A stretch of DNA of 49,505 nt. Origin: Candidatus Daviesbacteria bacterium (GTDB lineage Bacteria; Patescibacteriota; Microgenomatia; Daviesbacterales; UBA10151). The stretch is from NCBI GenBank assembly GCA_016183225.1, contig JACPEZ010000004.1:1-49505 (forward strand). The letters run 5' to 3'. The translations under genes and the position numbers were made by a program. Below the pieces are notes generated by a model. It was not told the origin of the DNA and ran no database searches. It saw only the letters and a list, made by a program, of their open reading frames with translations. This document shows, piece by piece, positions 17,662-24,517 of the stretch. Every line of letters starts with the position of its first letter. Within the stretch, counting starts at the first letter, position 1.

Positions 17662-17809
17662 AAGTAACTTTTACAACTACTGGTAAATATTTATCTAGTG
17701 CCTTTTCGACTAATCCTGTTAATGTGGTTTCTTCCTGTAAGGCTTGCCCTTTTGCTTTTTTGACCAGAGCAGGATCGAGGAATAGGGTTATCCGTTGTTT
17801 TTTATTCAT
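17636..17809 (-). CDS. small ribbon-helix-helix protein upstream of integrase 2
   Basis: MNKKQRITLFLDPALVKKAKGQALQEETTLTGLVEKALDKYL is a typical RHH pattern. The ORF track extends it to 17845. Confidence 0.5.
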   Translation of the reverse strand: MNKKQRITLFLDPALVKKAKGQALQEETTLTGLVEKALDKYLPVVVKVTFVDNTKVK

Positions 17810-18000
17810 TATTGATACAGTACAACTACTACAACTAGTTGTCAAGGCTTAAAATAAATGTCTGATAATCCTCCGATAGAAGATTGATCTCTATTAATAC
17901 CTATATCCTCAAGTCTAACTGTCGTGTTAGACGACAGTTTTGAAGTGCTTGGTCTACCACCCTCATGCGGTATCTCGTCTTTTAACATTTCCCCAGAAGA

Positions 18001-18528
18001 TTAGTTGGGGTCAGGAATATACAGTTTAGGTTTTTCATCTTCTTCACCAAACTTTATAAAATCTTTTTTTATTAGTTTTGTTAGTGTTTTCTGTACATCT
18101 TCCCTCAATTCTTTTTCATATTTTGAATCATATCCATTCAAATAGGCATAAAACTTTCTATTAATTGTTTGTCCTAAAATTAAAACTTGACCATCTATCC
18201 AGTTACTTGCTTCTTGTATAAGATCATTAATAATATCATCCTGTTTTTTAAATTCTGGCTCATGTACGGTTAAATGTGCCTTTAATCCCTCAAGTATGCC
18301 TTGCTCTTTATATATTCTAAAGATATACTGATTTGCTGTTTGTGCTGCTTGGATTCTTAACTCATAAAGCTTCAGCTTAAAAGCTTCTTCTCTATCTTCT
18401 CTGTCTCTTTGTCTGCTTAAAATATGGTTGGCAAAAAGAGTCAGTATTGACCCTAAAAAGCCAACTATTACCCCTGGTGCTGTAACTTGGTTGAAAAATT
18501 GAATGACCCCAGATTGTGTAGCTTCCAT
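18001..18528 (-). CDS. hypothetical membrane-anchored protein (175 aa)
   Basis: ORF track; one N-terminal TM segment; last gene before the right island junction. Confidence 0.45.
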   Translation of the reverse strand: MEATQSGVIQFFNQVTAPGVIVGFLGSILTLFANHILSRQRDREDREEAFKLKLYELRIQAAQTANQYIFRIYKEQGILEGLKAHLTVHEPEFKKQDDIINDLIQEASNWIDGQVLILGQTINRKFYAYLNGYDSKYEKELREDVQKTLTKLIKKDFIKFGEEDEKPKLYIPDPN

Positions 18529-18645
18529 TGTGGGAATTATACAGCATGCTTAGAATAACTGTATTATATTTATCCATATTTGTTATATAATACCCGCAGA
18601 ATAAAGAGAGGAGTTGATCTCTGGTCGTTGGAGGATTTGAGCCTG

Positions 18646-18699
18646 GCGAGCATTCCACCTACACTGAAGGGGTCACAGGTTCGAATCCTGTCTTGTCCA
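18646..18699 (+). pseudogene. 3' part of the split tRNA-Val, preceded by a degenerate anticodon-arm-like copy
   Basis: ACAGG-TTCGAAT-CCTGT-CTTGTCC-A at 18675..18699. CTTGTCC is the exact complement of GGACAAG at 5078. The upstream GAGC-A-TTCCA-CCTACAC-TGAAG is imperfect, and no 5' acceptor strand is present locally. Confidence 0.75.
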
Positions 18700-18703
18700 C
18701 ATT

Positions 18704-19930
18704 TTATGTTCCTTCGTTCCAGCTGGAGAGGTAGTGTTTTTGTTCCTTGGTCAGTTGATCTATGGAAATTCCCATGGACTCAAGTTTAAGCCGGGCAATT
18801 TCAATATCTTGCTTTTCTGGTATGGTGTAGATATCATTTTTTAGCTTGCCTTTGTTTTTGACAAAAAATTCGGCTGCCAGGGCTTGATTGGCAAAAGACA
18901 AATCCATCACATCAGGCGGATGACCTTCTGCCGCCACCAGATTGATGAGCCTTCCTTCACCTAAAACAAAAACTTTTTTATTGTCCGGCATGACCAGTTC
19001 CTCCAGAAACTCCCGCACTTTGGTTATTTGTTTGGCTATTTTGACCAGATTTTCATAATCAAACTCCACATTAAAATGACCGGCATTGCACAAAATCACC
19101 CCGTTTTTTAGGAGTTTAAACAAATCCCTGCCCAAAACATTTTTATTGCCTGTGGCCGTGACTATAATATCTGCTTTTTGGCAAGCCACGGACAAAGATG
19201 TTACCTCAAATCCGTCCATCACTGCCTGCAGAGCCCGCACCGGATCAACCTCGGTAACTGTGACATGCGCTCCCATGCCTCTGGCCTTCTCGGAAATCCC
19301 CCTTCCGCACCAGCCATAGCCGCAAACCACAAAATTTTTACCGGCCAAAAGCACATTGGTAGCCCGGATAATCCCGTCTATGGTGGACTGGCCTGTGCCG
19401 TAGCGGTTATCAAACAAATGTTTGGTTTGAGAGTCGTTGACTGCCATCACCGGAATTTTTAAATCGCCCTTTTCTTTCATGGCTTTTAGCCTAATTACTC
19501 CGGTGGTGGTTTCCTCGGAGGAGCCGACAATCTCTTTAAGCTGTGATTTTCTCTCCGTGTGCAAAAGAGTAATCAGATCTGCCCCGTCATCCATGGTAAT
19601 TTGAGGATGAAAATCCAGGACTTTATTTAGATGTTTGTAATAAGTTTTCCTGTCTTCCCCTTTTTTGGCAAAAGTGGGGATGTCAAAATTTTTATTGAGC
19701 GACTCTGCCACTGCATCTTGGGTAGACAAAGGGTTTGATGCGCAAAGAGCCAGTTTAGCTCCTCCGCTTTGCAGGGTCAGCATTAAATTGGCTGTTTCGG
19801 CCGTGACATGCAAACAGGCCCCCAAAGTAATTCCTTTGAGAGGTTTATCCTTGGCAAAACGCTGCTTAATTTTCTCCAGCACTTTCATTTGGCTGCCGGC
19901 CCATTTGATTTTTAATTTTCCGTTATCCAT
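18704..19930 (-). CDS. ahcY: adenosylhomocysteinase (S-adenosyl-L-homocysteine hydrolase)
   Basis: KPLKGITLGACLHVTAETANLMLTL..., NDSQTKHLFDNRYGTGQS, CGYGWCGRG NAD-binding loop. The start is set at MDNGKLKIKWA (ATG 19930), which overlaps the upstream stop by 8 nt. Confidence 0.9.
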   Translation of the reverse strand: MDNGKLKIKWAGSQMKVLEKIKQRFAKDKPLKGITLGACLHVTAETANLMLTLQSGGAKLALCASNPLSTQDAVAESLNKNFDIPTFAKKGEDRKTYYKHLNKVLDFHPQITMDDGADLITLLHTERKSQLKEIVGSSEETTTGVIRLKAMKEKGDLKIPVMAVNDSQTKHLFDNRYGTGQSTIDGIIRATNVLLAGKNFVVCGYGWCGRGISEKARGMGAHVTVTEVDPVRALQAVMDGFEVTSLSVACQKADIIVTATGNKNVLGRDLFKLLKNGVILCNAGHFNVEFDYENLVKIAKQITKVREFLEELVMPDNKKVFVLGEGRLINLVAAEGHPPDVMDLSFANQALAAEFFVKNKGKLKNDIYTIPEKQDIEIARLKLESMGISIDQLTKEQKHYLSSWNEGT

Positions 19931-20825
19931 AATTTTCCTTGTATCTAACTTGAAACTCATCCAGGGTAAAGCTATGGGTAGTTGTACCATATTTTTCCAC
20001 GCTGTAGCAAGCGGCAACAGATCCCATTTGGCCGCATTCTTTTAAATCCCGGCCTTGCAAGTAGCCGGCCAGAAAACCGGCCCTGTAGGCATCTCCCGCC
20101 CCTGTTGGATCAAGCACTTTTTTCGGTCTGGCCGCTTGAATCTCGATATTTTGATCTTTAGTCTGGATCAGGGAACCTTTTTCTCCAAAAGTGGTAATAA
20201 GAATATCCACTTTGATTTCTTTAAGTCGTTTTTTGATTAGAGTTACTTCATAGTCATTACCGATTAGAATTTTGGCCCCTGTCATACCTTGGAGAAGTTG
20301 CCGGTCAGATAGCCTAGGTAGTTGCATGCCCGGATCAAACATATAGGGAATGTTTAAATTTTGGCTTTCCAGGGCAAAATTAATCATGGCCCGGGGATCA
20401 TTGGGTGATATAACTGCAAATTCAGAGGCCTCAATAGATAAATTTACATTTTCAGACATTGCCCCGGGATAAAAAGCAGTGATCTGATTGTCTGCTTGAT
20501 CGGTAACGATAAAAGCCTGGGAGGTAAGCTTATTTTTGACAATCTTAATATTTGATACTTTCACCCCGGCCTTTTGAAGAAAGTCAGAATATTCATTGAA
20601 ATCTTCACCGGCAGATCCCAAAATGGATACGGGCATTTGCAAAAGAGCCAGGTTATAGGCAATGTTGCCGGCTGTCCCGCCTTTTTGCTTTTTTAAAGTG
20701 TCAACGAGAAATGAAAGATTTAAAATGTGAGTTTTGGTTGGATCAATATGGTCGGCAAACTTTCCCGGAAAATCCATGATCACATCATATGCCAGCGACC
20801 CTGTTACCAAAACATATTTTTTCAC
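19923..20825 (-). CDS. PfkB-family carbohydrate/nucleoside kinase (adenosine kinase plausible from its link to ahcY)
   Basis: GGTAGNIAYNLALL and DPTGAGDAYRAGFLAG are PfkB signatures. Translationally coupled to ahcY. Confidence 0.8.
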   Translation of the reverse strand: MKKYVLVTGSLAYDVIMDFPGKFADHIDPTKTHILNLSFLVDTLKKQKGGTAGNIAYNLALLQMPVSILGSAGEDFNEYSDFLQKAGVKVSNIKIVKNKLTSQAFIVTDQADNQITAFYPGAMSENVNLSIEASEFAVISPNDPRAMINFALESQNLNIPYMFDPGMQLPRLSDRQLLQGMTGAKILIGNDYEVTLIKKRLKEIKVDILITTFGEKGSLIQTKDQNIEIQAARPKKVLDPTGAGDAYRAGFLAGYLQGRDLKECGQMGSVAACYSVEKYGTTTHSFTLDEFQVRYKENYG

Positions 20826-20865
20826 TACCTAATTTATATCAAAAAAAACTAATTTAGTACAGTAT

Positions 20866-20894
20866 TTGACAACCTCTATATCGTCTGTTAATGT
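20866..20894 (+). promoter_or_regulatory. sigma70-like promoter for the glmS leader (TTGACA-N17-TAATGT)
   Basis: TTGACA at 20866-20871, a 17-nt spacer and TAATGT at 20889-20894, about 35 nt upstream of the ribozyme-like element. Confidence 0.5.
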
Positions 20895-20928
20895 AAATCT
20901 GTTCTTAGAGAAGGAGTTTTTAAGAAAG

Positions 20929-21038
20929 AGCGTGTGGCCCGGCCTTTGGCAGGGATACGAGGAAGAGGGTAAATCGAAATTATCTGCGGAAACCCTCAGG
21001 TTGGTTGCAAACCTAAAGGTGATTTTGAAAAGAAATCA
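20929..21038 (+). ncRNA. glmS ribozyme-like element (glucosamine-6-phosphate-activated ribozyme)
   Basis: AGCG...GGCAGG..ACGAGGA-AGAGGGTAAATCGAAATTATCTGCGGAAACCCTC-AGGTTGGTTGCAAACCTAAAGG, then the hairpin TGATTT/AAATCA. It is collinear with the remembered Bacillus glmS core (ACGAGGA..GGAGGUUAUCGAA..CGGCGGAUGCCUCC..GCCGUAAGG) and lies upstream of glmS on the same strand. Confidence 0.6.
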
Positions 21039-21090
21039 TTAAGCAATCTCCTTAACTTCAAAGAACACCAAATAAAATTCTAATAATGAT

Positions 21091-21486
21091 TTATTTAGAG
21101 CCTGTAATGGAAGGAAGCGTATGATTAATACCACGCATTTTCTTATAGAGAGCTGTTCTGGCTCTATATTCAATGATTCTTGTTTTAGCCGTAAAATGTC
21201 CCCCTCTAGGAAAAATTCTTGCAACAAGTTTCATAACGAGTGCAGCCTGTTTTTTCTTCACAATAATATGGGGCAGTATAGCATTGAGAACTGGAGCACA
21301 ATTGGTGCCAGTGACTCGCCATTTATGACAAATGAGTTTTCTATTACCGGTAGGGATTACTTCATACCAAGCAGAATTACCAAAAGTTTTTTCAAGCAAT
21401 TCGATAGGTTGTCTATCAGCCATTCCGACCTCTATCAATGGAAGGAGGTGGATTAATATTTGTGGGATTTTTGGGTATATTGGCAA
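21091..21486 (-). pseudogene. LAGLIDADG-type homing endonuclease remnant (N-terminal catalytic motif missing)
   Basis: ELLEKTFGNSAWYEV...WRVTGTN..VLNAILPHIIVKKKQAALVMKLV...RGGHFTAKTRIIEYRARTALYKKMRGIN follows the C-terminal pattern of LAGLIDADG endonucleases. No LAGLIDADG helix is present, and the ORF runs into the glmS start. Confidence 0.5.
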
Positions 21487-23230
21487 GCAAAATGCCTCGG
21501 AGGTTGTCTTGGCCGGGTTAAAAAGGCTGGAATATCGGGGGTATGATTCTTGGGGAATTGCGATTTTGGCAGATCAAATTAAGATTAATAAAAAAGTAGG
21601 CGCAATTGGTGATTTAAACCAAGCTTTAAATCTTCCTAAATCAAGCATAGGAGTTGGCCATACCAGATGGGCCACGCATGGAGGAGTTACGGATATCAAT
21701 GCCCATCCTCATTTTTCCACTGATAAAAGTTTTTGTCTGGCCCAAAACGGCATAGTGGAAAATTACCAGAAGTTAAAAGATGATCTTTTGAAAAAAGGCT
21801 ATAAATTTCAGACAGAAACAGATACTGAAGTGATTGTGAGATTAATTGAAGAAAAACTAAAAAAAACCAGGGATTTAAAGGAAGCGGTAAGACAGGCCTT
21901 TTTAGAGCTCTCCGGCAGGAACACTGTGATAATTTTAACTAAGTACGGCCGGATTATTGCTGCCAGAAACGGTTCTCCCCTGGTAGTGGGTGTTAACAAC
22001 AAAGAAATCTTTTTTTCATCCGATACCCTGTCTTTCGCTCCGTTTGCAGATAAAATTGTGGTGATAGATAATGGCCAGATGGTTTATTATAACGGTAAAC
22101 TCAATGTTATAGACATTAAATCCGGCAAGAGCCTCCCGTACCGCCTTGAAAAGATTGATTTTCACTCCAGCAAAGTTGATAAAGAAGGTTATGACCATTT
22201 TATGCTTAAAGAAATTCATGAAAGCCCTTATGTAATAAATCAGATTGTTAACCGCGCAGAATCTCAATTTGAAAACTTTATTAAAGCTGTCAAACAAGCC
22301 AAAAATGTTTACACCATTGGTTCGGGCACTGCCGGCGTGGCTGCGTCCCAAATTGCTTTTTATCTTCGGGTCTTTGCCAAAATTAAAGCCCAAAGCGTAA
22401 TCGGAGCCGATATTTTTGAGTATTATGATTTATTAAGCAAAGACGATTTGATTATTGCTCCTTCGCAATCCGGAGAAACCGCCGATGTTTTGGAGGTTCT
22501 GGAAATTGCCAAAAAAAGAAAAGTGAAAATTGCTTCTTTAGTCAACATGCCGGGTTCTACCATGACCAGAATGTCTGACTTTCGTTTTATGAGCTTTGCA
22601 GGGCCGGAAATTTGCGTCATGTCCACCAAGGTATTTACTTCCCAGATTGCCTGGGGATATTTGTTAGGGAAAGTGATAAGTGGCAAGGGAAAAGTGGGAA
22701 GGGAAAATCTAAAGATTCTGTCTCAAGAAATGGAAAGATATTTGGACGCGCAAAGCAATCACGAACTTATTAAAAAGCTTGCCAAAAGACTAGGTAAATC
22801 CAAAGATATTTTTTTACTCGGAAAATATCAAAATTTTAATATTATAAAAGAGGGCATGATTAAAATTATCGAGGGCTCGTATATTCACGCTCACGGTATT
22901 CCGGCAGGAGATTTGAAGCATTATGCCATTACTTTAATGGAAAAAGGAGTGCCGGTGGTTGTGGTTGTATCGGAAGATGTGGCAAAAGGTGATGTATTAA
23001 ATGCGGTTAATCAGGTAAAAGCAAGAGGCGCGACTGTAATTGGTATATCCTCTACTTCTCACCCTAGCTTTGATCATTATATTCCTGTTCCCAATACAGG
23101 GGAAACTCAAGCAATTATGAACATTATCCCTTTGCAGCTTTTGGCTTATTACATGGCTGTTGAGCTGGGTCATAATGTGGACAAGCCCCGCAACATTGCC
23201 AAAAGCGTCACTGTGAAGTATTATAATTAG
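21458..23230 (+). CDS. glmS: glutamine--fructose-6-phosphate aminotransferase (isomerizing)
   Basis: CGIFGYIG...RLEYRGYDSWG Ntn-amidotransferase N-terminus, two SIS domains, C-terminal DKPRNIAKSVTV. The start is set at ATT 21458, directly before Cys, with GGAGG 9 nt upstream. The ORF-track ATG at 21332 would add 43 unrelated residues. Confidence 0.9.
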   Translation: MCGIFGYIGKQNASEVVLAGLKRLEYRGYDSWGIAILADQIKINKKVGAIGDLNQALNLPKSSIGVGHTRWATHGGVTDINAHPHFSTDKSFCLAQNGIVENYQKLKDDLLKKGYKFQTETDTEVIVRLIEEKLKKTRDLKEAVRQAFLELSGRNTVIILTKYGRIIAARNGSPLVVGVNNKEIFFSSDTLSFAPFADKIVVIDNGQMVYYNGKLNVIDIKSGKSLPYRLEKIDFHSSKVDKEGYDHFMLKEIHESPYVINQIVNRAESQFENFIKAVKQAKNVYTIGSGTAGVAASQIAFYLRVFAKIKAQSVIGADIFEYYDLLSKDDLIIAPSQSGETADVLEVLEIAKKRKVKIASLVNMPGSTMTRMSDFRFMSFAGPEICVMSTKVFTSQIAWGYLLGKVISGKGKVGRENLKILSQEMERYLDAQSNHELIKKLAKRLGKSKDIFLLGKYQNFNIIKEGMIKIIEGSYIHAHGIPAGDLKHYAITLMEKGVPVVVVVSEDVAKGDVLNAVNQVKARGATVIGISSTSHPSFDHYIPVPNTGETQAIMNIIPLQLLAYYMAVELGHNVDKPRNIAKSVTVKYYN

Positions 23231-23233
23231 TTT

Positions 23234-23437
23234 ATGCCAGATATAGGCAAGCTTTTTACATTTTTGGGGTTAGTATTTTTGGTTTTGGGGCTGATTTTTA
23301 ATATCATGCCCAATTTACCCAAAGTTCCGGGAGATATTTACATTGATAAACCAAACATTAAAATCTATATCCCCTTTACTTCGGCCGTTGTGATTTCTGT
23401 CATATTAACCTTAATCTTCAATTTTTTTAAGGAGTGA
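23234..23437 (+). CDS. DUF2905-family small membrane protein
   Basis: 67 aa with two TM segments flanking LPKVPGDIYIDK, a typical DUF2905 pattern. Confidence 0.6.
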   Translation: MPDIGKLFTFLGLVFLVLGLIFNIMPNLPKVPGDIYIDKPNIKIYIPFTSAVVISVILTLIFNFFKE

Positions 23438-23509
23438 GCGGGCGATGGGACTTGCACCCACGACCTTCTCGTTGGCAACGAGACATTCTGGCTACTGAAC
23501 TACGCCCGC
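23437..23509 (-). tRNA. tRNA-Gly(GCC), with unusual T-loop TGCAAGT
   Basis: The reverse complement reads GCGGGCG-TA-GTTC-AGTAGCCA-GAAT-G-TCTCG-TTGCCAA-CGAGA-AGGTC-GTGGG-TGCAAGT-CCCAT-CGCCCGC-T. Confidence 0.75.
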
Positions 23510-23515
23510 TTAAAG

Positions 23516-23588
23516 TGCCGCAACCCAGAATCGGACTGAGATAATCCGCTCTTCAGGCGGACGCCTTGACCACGTTGGCAATTGCGGC
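23516..23588 (-). tRNA. tRNA-Phe(GAA), with unusual T-loop TCCGATT
   Basis: The reverse complement reads GCCGCAA-TT-GCCAACGTGGTCAAGGC-G-TCCGC-CTGAAGA-GCGGA-TTAT-CTCAG-TCCGATT-CTGGG-TTGCGGC-A. Confidence 0.75.
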
Positions 23589-23677
23589 ATAATATTTATT
23601 TTAGCACAAAAATCCGGTCAATAAAATGACCGGATTTTAATAATTCCCAGTTTAAACTATATCAAACAAACTCTTCC

Positions 23678-23860
23678 CTATTTCTTTTTTGATACCAGGA
23701 TATAAACTTTGTATGCGCCTGCCGCACCTACGGCAAGATAAACCACTTTCACCAATAAAGAATCAGAACCTCCCAAAACAGATTCAACCAGATTTATGCC
23801 AAGTGCTGACAAACCCAAATTAAGGGCAGCCAAAGCCAACACCCATCCGAGCAGTTTCAT
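23678..23860 (-). CDS. hypothetical two-TM small membrane protein (60 aa)
   Basis: ORF track. Strongly hydrophobic (LLGWVLALAALNLGL... and VVYLAVGAAGAY). Confidence 0.4.
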   Translation of the reverse strand: MKLLGWVLALAALNLGLSALGINLVESVLGGSDSLLVKVVYLAVGAAGAYKVYILVSKKK

Positions 23861-23960
23861 TTTTTTATCACCCCCTTATATTTAATAGTAGTCATAACCT
23901 GTTGGTGATTGTCAAGTAGAACATGTTGTATAATACTTACTGGACTGGAGGTGAGAAATT

Positions 23961-24209
23961 TTGGATAAATCTATTGGTAAAGTTGTGCATTTCTATGATA
24001 AATTAGGAGTGGCTATTGTAGATTTGGCATCAGGAGGATTAAAGATTGGAGATGAAGTGAAATTTAAAAGGGGCGAAGAGGAATTTAACCAAAAGATAGA
24101 ATCTCTTCAGGTTGACCACGAAAGCGTGGAAAAGGTCAAAAAAGGAGACTCTTTTGGTCTGAAGGTAGATAAACCCACCAAACCGGGAACAGAAGTTTTT
24201 TTAGTATAG
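23961..24209 (+). CDS. small EF-Tu domain-2-like (translation elongation factor-like) beta-barrel protein
   Basis: IGKVVHFYDKLGVAIVDL..GLKIGDEV.F.....F.Q.I.SLQVDHESVEKVKKGDSFGLKV. TTG start preceded by GGAGGTGA, with TGtTATAAT (23929-23934) upstream. Confidence 0.55.
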   Translation: MDKSIGKVVHFYDKLGVAIVDLASGGLKIGDEVKFKRGEEEFNQKIESLQVDHESVEKVKKGDSFGLKVDKPTKPGTEVFLV

Positions 24210-24340
24210 TAATTTGCAAAAAAATTCAATATTGCGGGACCCGCCTAGACTCGACGTCTAGGGTTAGAGAAAAATACTTAAAGTCTGCAAGTGGTCGTAG
24301 ACTAGTACTGAAGAAGTTATTTGATATAAAAGTTTAATAT

Positions 24341-24412
24341 TGCGGAGTGGTGTAATGGTAACACGCCTGTCTTTGGAACAGGAAACTCTAGGTTCGAGCC
24401 CTAGCTCCGCAG
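24341..24412 (+). tRNA. tRNA-Gln(UUG)
   Basis: Reads TGCGGAG-TG-GTGT-AATGGTA-ACAC-G-CCTGT-CTTTGGA-ACAGG-AAACT-CTAGG-TTCGAGC-CCTAG-CTCCGCA-G. The U1-A72 pair and G73 are typical for bacterial tRNA-Gln. Confidence 0.85.
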
Positions 24413-24517
24413 CATTTATTTAACAAATATGGTATACTAATTCCTAGTTGATTTAAGAATTTTTAGCTATAGATCATTTTTTCCTCACAAGATTAACTTT
24501 TCAAGTAGCTCCAAAAT

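Larger units (their letters stand above)
5122..18674. mobile_element. ~13.6-kb integrative island (possibly two elements) inserted in tRNA-Val
   Basis: Bounded by the two halves of one tRNA-Val. Has tyrosine integrases near both ends, XRE and RHH regulators, a P-loop replication-like protein, and cargo genes. Exact crossover points are not resolved. Confidence 0.7.

Noticed and set aside
17917-17947. 10-bp hairpin AACTGTCGT-N-ACGACAGTT, considered as a terminator
   Set aside because: The T-run follows it only on the plus strand, where no gene ends. On the minus strand, downstream of ORF 18001..18528, there is no U-tract. Its function is therefore unclear.
18392-18789. ORFs 18392..18658 (minus strand) and 18580..18789 (plus strand) at the right island junction
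   Set aside because: They overlap the 175-aa gene, the tRNA-Val 3' fragment and the ahcY 3' end, and they have no motifs. They were treated as chance ORFs.
21332-21457. N-terminal 42-codon extension of glmS from ATG 21332, and the overlapping plus-strand ORF 21121..21456
   Set aside because: GlmS needs an N-terminal Cys. The extension has no similarity to GlmS and is antisense to the endonuclease remnant. ORF 21121..21456 is likewise a mirror ORF.
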